Source: a virus
Virus record (IMG/VR): IMGVR_UViG_3300042691_015660
Reading direction: 5' to 3' (one strand)
DNA: 64,000 nt
In this document: piece after piece, positions 37,599 to 47,897 of the stretch
How positions within the stretch are numbered: position 1 is the first letter of the stretch
Layout of the letters: each line of letters opens with the position of its first letter
Notes under the pieces: model-generated
What the model was told of the DNA's origin: nothing
Seen by the model: only the letters and a program-made list of their open reading frames with translations
Databases searched by the model: none
Translations under genes and position numbers: made by a program

Positions 37599-38507
37599 TT
37601 AAGCAAGAGAAGTTTGTGTAGCAGTTGGTCCGGTTACCGAGACATTACTACCAGATGGTCTAAAACTTGATACTGTACTTGTTAAGACACCCGTAACTGG
37701 TTCGTCTACCTTTGGGCCATACGGGGGCGGTCCAGGAGGAGGAACCGGACTATTTCCTAGATCGTCATCTCTGAATTCAATTCGAAAAGTAATTATACGG
37801 GGAGTAGTAGCATTATCTACTCTAGCTGCTATATTATAATCATTTTCTTGGTATGCGTAAACACTCGACCCTTTTATAAACAGTGTTTGAAAAGTAGTTG
37901 TCAAATTATAAAATCCTCTGGCACTTCCTGATCCGCTTCCTCCAGGTAAAAAACCTGAACTATTATGATTCATGTACAAAGTTCCCATACTAGACAATAC
38001 ATTCGTCCAGTTAGTGTCTTTACTTGTTGCTGCTGTTCCAGTCCTCGAAGCACTGAATCTTATTTGGCCGCCAGCATTAAAAAAATACCTAGCTCGTAAT
38101 GTATCAGTAAATGTCACTGTAACAGTATGAGTTATTGTTCCATTCCAAGCCAGTGTTCTAACGGCAGTTACTAAATTTTCAACTGTAGCTTGATTATTAG
38201 CTATGACACGTTGATTAGTGCTAATTAATGTGATAAAAGCATCATATTGATTAATAAGAGCTGTGGAGATATCAGTTGACGTTGTTACTGTAGATAGATT
38301 ACTACTTTCACTAACACCTGTTTGGTGTTGTCTTGTTTTTAACATATCTGTTCTTAGATTATCCCACATAGCTAACGTAAACGTTTCTCCTGCTTGAACA
38401 CTAGAGCTAGATAACACTTGTCCGTACCCAGTAGAGCCAAGACCCATAACTAGATTAAGTCTATCTCTTAAGTTATTATAAGTAGATGCAGTAATAGGTG
38501 TTGACAT
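37599..38507 (-). CDS. Putative virion structural protein (paralog of 36626-37588)
   Basis: Same shared blocks; contains a PVPPPGPPPYGP loop. Confidence 0.65.
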   Translation of the reverse strand: MSTPITASTYNNLRDRLNLVMGLGSTGYGQVLSSSSVQAGETFTLAMWDNLRTDMLKTRQHQTGVSESSNLSTVTTSTDISTALINQYDAFITLISTNQRVIANNQATVENLVTAVRTLAWNGTITHTVTVTFTDTLRARYFFNAGGQIRFSASRTGTAATSKDTNWTNVLSSMGTLYMNHNSSGFLPGGSGSGSARGFYNLTTTFQTLFIKGSSVYAYQENDYNIAARVDNATTPRIITFRIEFRDDDLGNSPVPPPGPPPYGPKVDEPVTGVLTSTVSSFRPSGSNVSVTGPTATQTSLA

Positions 38508-38517
38508 AATTTTTCCG

Positions 38518-39990
38518 TTACAGCACTAGGCATTCGACTAATTTAACTGCAGCATCTTCATTTGTTTCTAATGCTACAGCAAATACATCTATATTATTAC
38601 CAAAAGCTGCTTGAGCAGTTCCGTTTGGTCCAGCTACTAACTTTTGACCTTTAATTACAGATCCTGTTATTTTTACAGGCACTCGGCCTTTTAGAGCAAT
38701 AGCTGTGCCGCCTTCTAAGTCGCTATTCATTAAATGTGCTGGATTTGCACTAACAGCTCCTATTGCTAACTGTCCTGGTGAACAAGCTGTTACTTCCTTT
38801 TCTCCGCCAATTACAACCACTGTTCCTACTTCATAATCAGTATCAGCTAGATATTTTTCAGCTAAGTCAGCAAATCTTGCTCTTGTAGCTGTTCCTTGAA
38901 ATAGAATAGCATAAATGTCGCCTGCGCTATCTCTTGCCGCAATAGTATTAACACTAGCTGCTGTAGAGGCAGAACGATATGTTCCGCCAACATTTAAAGT
39001 ATTTGCTTGTGTGGCTACACCGCTAAATGATAACGCATGAACAACATTATATTTTAAAGTAGTAGATCCAATATTTGACTGTATGTTAGAACCAGGTAAA
39101 ATATCATTTCCTACTAAAGTTAATGGCGTTTTTGTGCCCGCACTAGTAGTTTGAAATTTAATGGAATCAGCTAAATTATTCTTGATGACTGGAGTTACAC
39201 CGTCGACATCAATAAAAATCCCCAAATCATCACTATTTCCTATGGTAAGTCCGGGGTCTACAAATTTTGCTACTGCTGTGAATTGAGCAGTCGAAGCTTT
39301 AACATACTCAGTAGCGGATTCGCCGTTTAGTTTCAATGCGTTACTTGCTGTTCCCCAGAATCTATGGGCAGAAGATGTAATACCAGATGTTCCAGTGTTA
39401 GTCATAGTAACACCAGTTTTAATTTTTGTGAACCCTAACGCAGCTAAATCAGTATGAAAAGTAGTATCTAAATCGAAATCGGAGTCTGAATTAATAATAA
39501 AGACTACATCACCGTCTGCAACAGCTTCAATCACAGCATGATTAACATTGCCTAAATCTCTAATCGCTCTGGAACGCATAGCAGTGGTGCCAAAACCAGA
39601 CACACCTTGCGGGCCGATTAATACAAATTCTGTTCCGTTCTTGTTAGCGTACAGTTGATCATTGGCAGTGTCCCACCAAAAATCTCCGGTTGTAAGCCCT
39701 GACGGCGGTGCCGGGGAAACTTCTGCTCCTCCAGTAGTTCTCCACTTGGTAGCATCATAAAATTTTAATTTTTTAGTTCCGCTATCATACCAAATTTGCC
39801 CACTGATAGGCTTAGGAGGCGCAGTTGTTCCTGAAAAACTTTCAAGCATGTGTAATAAGTTTTCATTTTGAACTTCGCCGTATCCAGCATAATTTTTACC
39901 AATTAATTTAATATCTAATGTGGTATCAATTGTACCGTCCTCGATTACTGTTAATGTTGTCCCATTATATCTATCAATGCTGTATGGCAT
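38518..39990 (-). CDS. Tail fibre/baseplate-associated protein
   Basis: N-terminal LIGKNYAGYGE..GQIWYD module; C-terminal ADLAEKY...ALKGRVPVK domain typical of phage fibre ends. Confidence 0.7.
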   Translation of the reverse strand: MPYSIDRYNGTTLTVIEDGTIDTTLDIKLIGKNYAGYGEVQNENLLHMLESFSGTTAPPKPISGQIWYDSGTKKLKFYDATKWRTTGGAEVSPAPPSGLTTGDFWWDTANDQLYANKNGTEFVLIGPQGVSGFGTTAMRSRAIRDLGNVNHAVIEAVADGDVVFIINSDSDFDLDTTFHTDLAALGFTKIKTGVTMTNTGTSGITSSAHRFWGTASNALKLNGESATEYVKASTAQFTAVAKFVDPGLTIGNSDDLGIFIDVDGVTPVIKNNLADSIKFQTTSAGTKTPLTLVGNDILPGSNIQSNIGSTTLKYNVVHALSFSGVATQANTLNVGGTYRSASTAASVNTIAARDSAGDIYAILFQGTATRARFADLAEKYLADTDYEVGTVVVIGGEKEVTACSPGQLAIGAVSANPAHLMNSDLEGGTAIALKGRVPVKITGSVIKGQKLVAGPNGTAQAAFGNNIDVFAVALETNEDAAVKLVECLVL

Positions 39991-40012
39991 CTAATTACCC
40001 CTTAACTTTATA

Positions 40013-40018
40013 TATTTA
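40013..40018 (-). promoter_or_regulatory. Candidate T4-like late promoter core (TAAATA)
   Basis: Intergenic TAAATA about 23 nt before the ATG at 39990. Confidence 0.45.
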
Positions 40019-40024
40019 GTTTGA

Positions 40025-41887
40025 TTACGGTGTTATGATTGGTCCGCTACCATTGCCAGTCCAGATCCAAACACCACTTGATATCTGGAATAATTTAACA
40101 ATTCTAGAAACTTGTACAGTAGCACTACCTAAATCTATACTAGCATTGGTATCAAAATCCTGTAGTACTGGTTCGTTTGGTTTAGCTCCTATATTAGCAG
40201 TATTATCTACAGCAATATAGTATTTTACAAAATCCCCAGATGTATCAAGCGGACCGGTACTAGATGTAAACGACACTGATGGATAAGAAACTAATTGATA
40301 TGTACAAAGAATTCGTGCTATTGTTCCCTCTTCAAAATCAGGATACGGTGCTATCTCATCTAATACTACCGCAATATCATTGTCAGACAACCCGGTACAA
40401 TCCATGCTTAAAGCCAACGGTTTTGTTTTAACTTGTGTTTCTAGAGTAGTCAAGTTCACAGCATCGTTAGGGTTAACTGGGCTGGATAAATTAGTTATTC
40501 TTGAACTTGCTACATTTACATTAGCTGTGCCATCTGGGCTAAGAATTATATCCTGCGAGCTAGCAGCTATAGTACTAATAGTGTTACCGTTTAAATTAAT
40601 ATCATCTACTGTTAAGAATGTCAATCCAGATAATGTTGTAATACCAGGAGCAGAAGTAATACCAGATCCTAGACTAGTTCCATCAATTACTTTTACTCCG
40701 TTAATTCTATACTCTTTTCCAACTGCTAGATCCCAATGTTCGCTACTTTTCCAAGAACTTACCGGAGCTTTGCTCCAGATAATACTATGATCTGTTGTTC
40801 CTCTTAAAACTATACCGCCTTGGTTAGCATAATCGTCTGATACTGAACTATCTTGATTTGCGGCTAATTCAATAATATGATCTTCAACAACTAAATTATT
40901 AGTATTAATTGTAGTTGTAGATCCTTCAACTAGTAGATCTCCTGTGATTCTTAGGTCTCCACTTACATCTAAAGTGTAAGCAGGAGTAGATTGAAAAATT
41001 CCTACTTTGCTAGAAGCAGCGTTAATAGTAATTGCGTCATTAGTACCTAAAGAATTTTTAACAAGTATTCTAAAATTCTGATTAGTTATATTCGACTTTA
41101 ACTGAAAATTACTTCCGTCTGCTATAACTTCATTATTTCCTAAGCTACCTAAAATTAAAGGCATTGAATTAGCTATAGAAACTGTGCCAGTCGTTCCAGT
41201 AGACTGATTCGTTCTCATAAAGAAGTTAGGACTAATTACATTACCTACGTCATCTATTAAATTATTTGCTCTAGTAGCAGTTACATTAAATTTTAATCCA
41301 CTTAATGTACTAGCATTAAATCCTGGACCAATGGCTCCAGTAAATCCTGGGATAGCCAACTTAGGAAAAAACTGTAATACTTCTTTACTCCAAATACCTA
41401 ATAATGTACTGCCAGCCCATTGTTTTACAATAACTCTTGGTATATTATTTGTATCAAAAATTGTTTCTACAGTTTCACCGCTGATCCCTTGACTATCTTT
41501 ATAAATTGGGCCGGCTAATTGCAAATCTGTTCCGTCGTAAAAATACAGTTGATTTTCTGCGCTATCAATCCATAGATCGCCTTGTACCAATGTTACAGGT
41601 GTTTCTCCTGACACAATTGGGCCGCTACCTAACCTAAATCCACTACCATCATAGGCCTTGAGCCTATTTTCTGTAGTGTCATACCATAATTGTCCTCGAA
41701 CAGGATTACTTGGTTGACTTTCTGAAGCAAAATTTTCTAATAGTTTTACAAAATTTTCATTAATATACTCGCCATAGCCAGAAACATTTTTACCGATTAA
41801 TGTTAGATCCGTAGCGGTTTGATCAATAGCACTGTCTACTATCTCAGTTAATAACGAACCATCTGTTTTATTAATTTGATAAGCCAT
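40025..41887 (-). CDS. Tail fibre/baseplate-associated protein
   Basis: Same N-terminal module; VGI..TP.YTLDV.G fibre repeat; RITNLSSP..DAVN stalk motif. Confidence 0.7.
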   Translation of the reverse strand: MAYQINKTDGSLLTEIVDSAIDQTATDLTLIGKNVSGYGEYINENFVKLLENFASESQPSNPVRGQLWYDTTENRLKAYDGSGFRLGSGPIVSGETPVTLVQGDLWIDSAENQLYFYDGTDLQLAGPIYKDSQGISGETVETIFDTNNIPRVIVKQWAGSTLLGIWSKEVLQFFPKLAIPGFTGAIGPGFNASTLSGLKFNVTATRANNLIDDVGNVISPNFFMRTNQSTGTTGTVSIANSMPLILGSLGNNEVIADGSNFQLKSNITNQNFRILVKNSLGTNDAITINAASSKVGIFQSTPAYTLDVSGDLRITGDLLVEGSTTTINTNNLVVEDHIIELAANQDSSVSDDYANQGGIVLRGTTDHSIIWSKAPVSSWKSSEHWDLAVGKEYRINGVKVIDGTSLGSGITSAPGITTLSGLTFLTVDDINLNGNTISTIAASSQDIILSPDGTANVNVASSRITNLSSPVNPNDAVNLTTLETQVKTKPLALSMDCTGLSDNDIAVVLDEIAPYPDFEEGTIARILCTYQLVSYPSVSFTSSTGPLDTSGDFVKYYIAVDNTANIGAKPNEPVLQDFDTNASIDLGSATVQVSRIVKLFQISSGVWIWTGNGSGPIITP

Positions 41888-41895
41888 TGTAATCC

Positions 41896-44031
41896 TTAAT
41901 TGTAAGTTCCTGAGAATATAATATAATTGATAGTCAAATACGGATTCATCTTATTCACTGGTTGTCCAAGTGATGGTGAATCAACGCCGCCGCTATTTGT
42001 TAGGTATTGTCCATTAGCTAAACTATCTGGTCCATTAGTAGTATGTGGTACAGCATCCACATCAGTAATAGCATCGGCGGTATTTCTTATAGCATAATAT
42101 TGATTACCTTTAGACCCTGTAGAAGTTGTGCCTCGCATATCATGTTTGTGATCTGGTAATTGAGAAAGATTTAATGTAGTTTCTTCTTCTCCGTTACCTG
42201 AACCGATATTATCGGCTGTAACATCTGTTACTCTGTTTGCTGTTGGATTAGGAACTCCGTTTTTATCAAGAATGGTGCTGATAAAATTGCCTAATCCATC
42301 CGGAACTAGAGTACCATTATCCATGTTGTCAGCGCCAAGAGCGAATCTGCCTCTTAAATCTGGAACACAAAAAGTAGAAGCACCTTGTAAAAGACTTTGT
42401 GATCTATAAGTGTATCCAATTACAGCAAACAATGCCGGGTACGCACTGATCGATTGTTCACTACCATCACATAACAAAAATCCATTTGGTACACTTGTTC
42501 CGGCGAAAGGTAAAATGATGCCAGCAGGCATAACTCCTGCGTTAGATAGAAAATTAGTTTTAGTAATTTTTCTTAAACCAACACTAGGAATGTTTACTAA
42601 AAGTTGCGCATTAGCTGTTGTAGTTTCAACTGCTACCTTGGCATTGATTAGATCAGCTGTAATTGTTGTATTGAACGTAGACACACCACTAGGTTGCTGT
42701 CCATTGAAGTTAATTGTATTACTACTAACATCACCTGTTAATGAAAATGCTGTACTACTAGCTAGTCTACTAGCTGTTCCGGATACACTACCTGCTAGTT
42801 GTCCTGAAAAACTTCCAAAAAATGTATCAGCAAATATTTCTCTACCGTAAATTGATTTAAACCTATTATTATTAGATCCTAAATCATGAGCATTAGTAGT
42901 CAAAGGTATTATACTTTGAGAACTTATTTGTCCTGTTACAGTAGCTCCTGTGCCTACGTATAAACTTTTTGCTATACTCGCTCCTCCGGCAGTTTTAATA
43001 CTTCCAGAAGTTAAATCAACAGCGTTTGTAGTTCCTGTTACTATAAGTTGATCATTAGTTTGTATGTTACCAACTACATCTAATGTAGCAGTTGGATTAG
43101 TTTTATTAATTCCAACGTTAGTACCACTGACTGATATAACATCGTTAGCCGTTCCAGATTGATTTGTTCTGATAAAAATACTAGAACCTTCGGTTTTATT
43201 GTAAAGGATAGCCGCACCATTGTTATCAATAGTTAAACTTGTAGCTAAATCTGATCCTATTGTTAAACCTAGATTATTTCTGATACTTAAACTGCTATTA
43301 GAAGTACTTGCTACGTCTGATCTTAAAAAACTATCTGAAGAAATAGTTCTTCCAGCTACTACTAACGCATCTGCTTTTTCTGCTGTTCCCCATAATTTAT
43401 TTAATGACGAAACATTGCCACTATCATCTATAGAAGTTACGTTTATTCCTCGTTTAATAATACTAAAACCAGGAATAGCTAATTTAGGAGTGAACTCAGA
43501 TTTACTAAAAATTACAATTACTCTGTTACCAACATAAAAATTAATTAATAAATGAGTACCGTTTCCTGTATCAAAGACTGTTTCTATCTTAGGACCAGTT
43601 AATGTGCCTTCGCTAAACTGAGGACCAACCAAAACCCAATTTGATCCAGAGTATAAGTATAACTGTTGATTAGTAGTATCTGTCCATAAATCTCCCTTAA
43701 TAGCATTTAATGGAGGACTTCCTGACTTTACTAAATTACCTGCTGGTACCCAATTTGTGCCATCATAAATTTTTAACTGAGGTTGTCTATTTTCTTCTAT
43801 AACATCTGCTTCAGTGTCGTACCATAATTGTCCTTGAACTGGCGCGGTTGGCGCAGTTGCGCTGGCAAAGTGTTCCATCAAATGAAGAAAATTTTCAGCA
43901 ATAGTTTTGCTGTAACCAGTATAATTTTTTCCTACAAACCCAATACTCGTTGTACGATTAACATCTTGATCAGCAACTGTTATACTGCCGTTGTTAGGTC
44001 TATCTGTATGATCAATTGTATATGACATCAT
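41896..44031 (-). CDS. Tail fibre protein with tail collar domain
   Basis: Same N-terminal module; collar PAGIILPFAG..GFLLCDG..YPALFAVIG..PDLRGRF; C-terminal PYLTINYII. Confidence 0.8.
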   Translation of the reverse strand: MMSYTIDHTDRPNNGSITVADQDVNRTTSIGFVGKNYTGYSKTIAENFLHLMEHFASATAPTAPVQGQLWYDTEADVIEENRQPQLKIYDGTNWVPAGNLVKSGSPPLNAIKGDLWTDTTNQQLYLYSGSNWVLVGPQFSEGTLTGPKIETVFDTGNGTHLLINFYVGNRVIVIFSKSEFTPKLAIPGFSIIKRGINVTSIDDSGNVSSLNKLWGTAEKADALVVAGRTISSDSFLRSDVASTSNSSLSIRNNLGLTIGSDLATSLTIDNNGAAILYNKTEGSSIFIRTNQSGTANDVISVSGTNVGINKTNPTATLDVVGNIQTNDQLIVTGTTNAVDLTSGSIKTAGGASIAKSLYVGTGATVTGQISSQSIIPLTTNAHDLGSNNNRFKSIYGREIFADTFFGSFSGQLAGSVSGTASRLASSTAFSLTGDVSSNTINFNGQQPSGVSTFNTTITADLINAKVAVETTTANAQLLVNIPSVGLRKITKTNFLSNAGVMPAGIILPFAGTSVPNGFLLCDGSEQSISAYPALFAVIGYTYRSQSLLQGASTFCVPDLRGRFALGADNMDNGTLVPDGLGNFISTILDKNGVPNPTANRVTDVTADNIGSGNGEEETTLNLSQLPDHKHDMRGTTSTGSKGNQYYAIRNTADAITDVDAVPHTTNGPDSLANGQYLTNSGGVDSPSLGQPVNKMNPYLTINYIIFSGTYN

Positions 44032-44639
44032 TGAACCTCACTTAAACCTGTTAGACTTTGTATTCTCACAGTATAATCAATTTGAATTAATCTGTTCAAG
44101 CTTTTTTGAACAGGGTGAAATATTACATGCGTTAGCAATCTACTAGTGCCTGTGTTGCTGTAACTTTTTAATCCTAGTTCGTCAAATACATAATCACTTT
44201 TATTATCGCTAGTATTGTCGAATGCTTCTTGTCCTGTAGGCTCGCCGTAGTCCAACAAGCAGGTTACAAATACGTCTGTATAGTTTACACCCGTGATATG
44301 TCTTGTTTCTATTCTATTACGTATTGGATCTACATTACTCACGCTACGATCATCAACAACCTTACTGTAAGTTTGGTTATACAAAGCAGCATTAGTACCT
44401 GTACTATTAGGAGTCAAGTAAGTAATTATACCAGTAGGATCAACAGTAGTTCCTCCATTACCGAAAACAAGCTCGTAAATAAAACCTTGTCCTGAATTGG
44501 CAATAGATTCAGCAAGAGCAATACTCATATTTTCATAATGAATAGCATTACGCTTGTTGATATATACTTCTTGAGTTGTAGGGTCATAAATTTTAATATG
44601 CCCTTCGATATGTATTCCTGATAAATCTCTACCTTGCAT
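44028..44639 (-). CDS. Putative baseplate/tail-associated structural protein
   Basis: GHIKI..NAI, FGNGG, FDELGL, THVIFHPVQKS; lies among fibre genes. Confidence 0.6.
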   Translation of the reverse strand: MQGRDLSGIHIEGHIKIYDPTTQEVYINKRNAIHYENMSIALAESIANSGQGFIYELVFGNGGTTVDPTGIITYLTPNSTGTNAALYNQTYSKVVDDRSVSNVDPIRNRIETRHITGVNYTDVFVTCLLDYGEPTGQEAFDNTSDNKSDYVFDELGLKSYSNTGTSRLLTHVIFHPVQKSLNRLIQIDYTVRIQSLTGLSEVQ

Positions 44640-44659
44640 AAGTTTTCTCTTTATTTGAA

Positions 44660-44665
44660 TATTTA
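44660..44665 (-). promoter_or_regulatory. Candidate T4-like late promoter core (TAAATA)
   Basis: Intergenic TAAATA about 21 nt before the ATG at 44639. Confidence 0.45.
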
Positions 44666-44688
44666 CCTAAAAGTATAAAGTGCGTATT

Positions 44689-44997
44689 TTACTTAGGAAA
44701 CTGCTCTTTAATTGCTTGTATCTGTGCTCGCCATGCTTCATAGCCGCCGTGAAACATCAAATCTAACTGTTCTTCAATACTAGGATAAGCTTCTGCTCGT
44801 TGTCTTTGATAATCTTTTCTATCATATTCAGCTTGTAATCTTTGCAATTCAGCGTCGACTTCTTGTAAAGTTGGCTTAGGCACATTTTCGCTGTACCACT
44901 CTATGGTACTATAATCATCACCCCACATACTGAATTCAGCATTTGGTCTTAAAGATTTTATAGCATCAGTAATTCTAATTCCGTTTTCTTCTATCAT
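44689..44997 (-). CDS. Tail fibre assembly chaperone-like protein (XkdW-like)
   Basis: AIKSLRPNA..W..PKPT..YQRQRAEAYPSIEEQLD..IKEQFPK; directly after the long fibre gene. Confidence 0.65.
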   Translation of the reverse strand: MIEENGIRITDAIKSLRPNAEFSMWGDDYSTIEWYSENVPKPTLQEVDAELQRLQAEYDRKDYQRQRAEAYPSIEEQLDLMFHGGYEAWRAQIQAIKEQFPK

Positions 44998-45008
44998 AAA
45001 TTGTCCTA

Positions 45009-47897
45009 TTATGGTCTAAATTCTGTAACGATCATATTACTGTAGTTTGGCATATCAACAACAGTAGACCTGTTATTAATTCCTAAATTACGAGCAACGT
45101 TAGCCCAAAAGGAACAAGCATATAATCTGTAAGTGATAGTTTCGCCGACATTAGGAGCCACTGGATCTATATAATTAAAATTGACTCTTTGCTGATGATA
45201 ACTGTTGCCATCGTTAACTGGAAAATAGGTAAAATTAACATTTTGTAATCCGGGGCCAAAGGTACCGTAGCCTTGAGGGTTTCCTGCTGTTACTAACATA
45301 GTATTTACAGTAGCTACAAAAGGACCTCCATTAATAGATTTTCTTATTGCCCAATAACTTACATAAGTTGCTGCTGATGCCACATCTACATTAACCATAA
45401 ATCTGCTATCTAAGCTATATGGCGATATAGTCACTTGTAGAAAGTTTCCAAAAGGAGCCTGTACAGCCACCGGAACAGTCGAATTAATGAGTTGATAAGC
45501 TCGAGCATTGGAGCCGCCTTGGTCCCAATTGTTAATACCCCCATTCCACTCTGGTCTACCATATCCAATAGTTTTAGTTTTTACCTGTCTAACTTCACTG
45601 TTAGCTAAAAAACTTATTCTATCATCTACATAATTTTTAGTAGCTGCTTGTAATGCTGATGTTGGTTTGGCATGTAAAAATAAAGAACCTGATAAAGATC
45701 CTCCAGTTAGAGGTAATTTTGTATTGTCTATTGTAGTTACTGAATTAAATTTAGTGTCTACATAAGCTTTATTAGCAGCATGATTAGCACTAGACGGATT
45801 TCCATTTAGCGTTAAGAATCCGCTCATTGTTCCGCCTGTAGTTGGCAAGAATGTGCTAGTATTAACTGTACTAGAAATTATACTATAAGAACCTGATGTT
45901 TGTATATCGATGCCTGTGCCTGCTTGTAATGTACCTCCTCCTGACCCGTCATCACTAGCTTTAATAATATAGTACACACCAATGTAAGGAGGAAGATTAG
46001 CATTTGTGCCACTGGCTCCTTCTGTTGAAATAGCTACAGTTGTATTAACTGAACCACTAGGTACGCCAGAACTCGAAGAATTTATCGTTCCAGAAGGTGT
46101 GCCTGCTGATGTTGAAATAATATTAATACCTACTGTAGAACGTTGTGTTTGAAGTATAGTAGGCTGCGGATTATTTGAATTAGCACTATCAATATACGAT
46201 GCGCTATCTCCATTATCATTTCCAGATTCTAAAACATAATGAGCATGTCCAGGATCAGAATAAGCATGGGAATGGGCTGGCAAAGAATTACCTGAAAATG
46301 TATGACTATGATTAGGAAGTACATTGCCTGTAAATAAAGATTGAGCAGTAGCAGTGTGTTGGTGGGCAATAACAATCTGGTCTTTACTGCCGCCAGTTGA
46401 GTTGGCGCTGTACAGTCCTCCTGCTCCAACTGGAAATTTATTAATTAAATTTGGTAGGTTAAAAAAATCTCCGCTGCCGCCATAATTATAACCAATTCTA
46501 GAAAATAATGTAGGATAAAAAAGTTTGCTTACACTCTGTCCATTGCATAGTAGCCAATTTGTTGGAGGAGTAGCACTTCCCCACATTTTAATACTACCTG
46601 CTAGTTCATCTACCTTTGCTGCGCTAGCAGGTAATTGAATATCTTGGGTTCCGTCAAAATTTACTCCATTTATTTTTCTAGCAGTATTAAGTCTAGATGC
46701 TGTATCAGCATTACCAATTACATTACCTGTGACATTACCTGTGACATTACCTACAAAATTAGTAGCAACTACAGAAGTCGCTTGGAAATCTCCGTTAGAA
46801 TCTCTAGCAACTACCGTATTGGGTGTAGCAGAGGATGTAGCATTAACACTCCACGTACTGGCTTCATTACCATTATATGCGCTTGATCCACCTGTAATAT
46901 AATTACCTCTTGTTAATGCTTGAGGATTAGCAGCAGTTATAGTGATATTTTGTGTACCGTTAAACGGCTCGCCGTTAATCGTTCTTGATGTTTGAAGTTG
47001 TGTAGCAGTACTAGAATTGCCTGTGACATTACCGGTAACATTACCAATAAAATTGTTAGCATTAATATTACCTATACTATCTCTAGCTACGATTGTATCA
47101 GTAACAGGACTAGTACTAGCAGACAAATAATCTAATCCTACAAGTAAACTATCTGCTTCTGTGCTTTTTGTTGCTGTTCCTGTGACATTACCGATAAAGT
47201 TACTTGCGTATACTTTACTCCAACGTAAACTTGGAGTACCTAAGTTCATAGGCTGGCCACTAAAATCTGGCACTAGAGCTGGAGCAGTTTCATCTCCTAG
47301 TCCTACTGTATTAGCACGAGATATTAAACGTATATCAGCAAGATTGCCTGCCATACTAGTATCTCTTACACTTAAAACTATTACACCGTTAACATCATCT
47401 TTAATAGTTGGCGTATTACTATCTTCTACATAAAATAAGAAATCATTTTGATTTCCTATTGTTATTCCAGAATCATCAAATGCTTCTACGCTGATTGGAA
47501 TTGTAGAAAGTATACCATTTGAAATAGTAAGACCTTCCCCAACTTTTATTCCACCTAGTACTGTAGGAGTAGCTATGGGTAAAGTATACGCAGAAGTGAG
47601 TACTCCTGCTTCGTTTACAGTTAGTCCTTCGCCTATAATTACACCGCCTAGTTGATTCTGTGTAGCTGGTGCTAATGTAAAAGCATCAAAATTTAAAACA
47701 CTTACTGTGCCTGTATTGTCTATACTAAGCCCTGTACCAATTTTAATTGTGCCTAGCTGAGTTCCCGAAGCAACTGTATTAATAGAAGTTTTAAGGTCTA
47801 AAAAACTTATTTTCTTAGTTGTTAACCCGTCACTGATTGGTAAAACATTCCCGTCATTAGGACTAGTAATTTTTGCTAAATCTGATATCTTTGCCAT
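45009..47897 (-). CDS. Long tail fibre protein with collar domain and distinct C-terminal tip
   Basis: 3 copies of an A..LG..K/IIG.GL repeat, GNVTGN repeats, RTING.FNG repeats, collar WLLCNG..YPTLFSRIG, AANKAYVD motifs. Confidence 0.82.
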   Translation of the reverse strand: MAKISDLAKITSPNDGNVLPISDGLTTKKISFLDLKTSINTVASGTQLGTIKIGTGLSIDNTGTVSVLNFDAFTLAPATQNQLGGVIIGEGLTVNEAGVLTSAYTLPIATPTVLGGIKVGEGLTISNGILSTIPISVEAFDDSGITIGNQNDFLFYVEDSNTPTIKDDVNGVIVLSVRDTSMAGNLADIRLISRANTVGLGDETAPALVPDFSGQPMNLGTPSLRWSKVYASNFIGNVTGTATKSTEADSLLVGLDYLSASTSPVTDTIVARDSIGNINANNFIGNVTGNVTGNSSTATQLQTSRTINGEPFNGTQNITITAANPQALTRGNYITGGSSAYNGNEASTWSVNATSSATPNTVVARDSNGDFQATSVVATNFVGNVTGNVTGNVIGNADTASRLNTARKINGVNFDGTQDIQLPASAAKVDELAGSIKMWGSATPPTNWLLCNGQSVSKLFYPTLFSRIGYNYGGSGDFFNLPNLINKFPVGAGGLYSANSTGGSKDQIVIAHQHTATAQSLFTGNVLPNHSHTFSGNSLPAHSHAYSDPGHAHYVLESGNDNGDSASYIDSANSNNPQPTILQTQRSTVGINIISTSAGTPSGTINSSSSGVPSGSVNTTVAISTEGASGTNANLPPYIGVYYIIKASDDGSGGGTLQAGTGIDIQTSGSYSIISSTVNTSTFLPTTGGTMSGFLTLNGNPSSANHAANKAYVDTKFNSVTTIDNTKLPLTGGSLSGSLFLHAKPTSALQAATKNYVDDRISFLANSEVRQVKTKTIGYGRPEWNGGINNWDQGGSNARAYQLINSTVPVAVQAPFGNFLQVTISPYSLDSRFMVNVDVASAATYVSYWAIRKSINGGPFVATVNTMLVTAGNPQGYGTFGPGLQNVNFTYFPVNDGNSYHQQRVNFNYIDPVAPNVGETITYRLYACSFWANVARNLGINNRSTVVDMPNYSNMIVTEFRP
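46709..46751. repeat. 12 bp coding tandem repeat (CATTACCTGTGA)
   Basis: Two exact copies, one partial and one degenerate copy; encodes GNVTGNVTGNVIGN on the minus strand. Confidence 0.7.

Noticed and set aside
45009-47897. Diversity-generating retroelement or invertible cassette at the fibre tip
   Set aside because: No reverse transcriptase, invertase or template/variable repeat pair is seen in the window.
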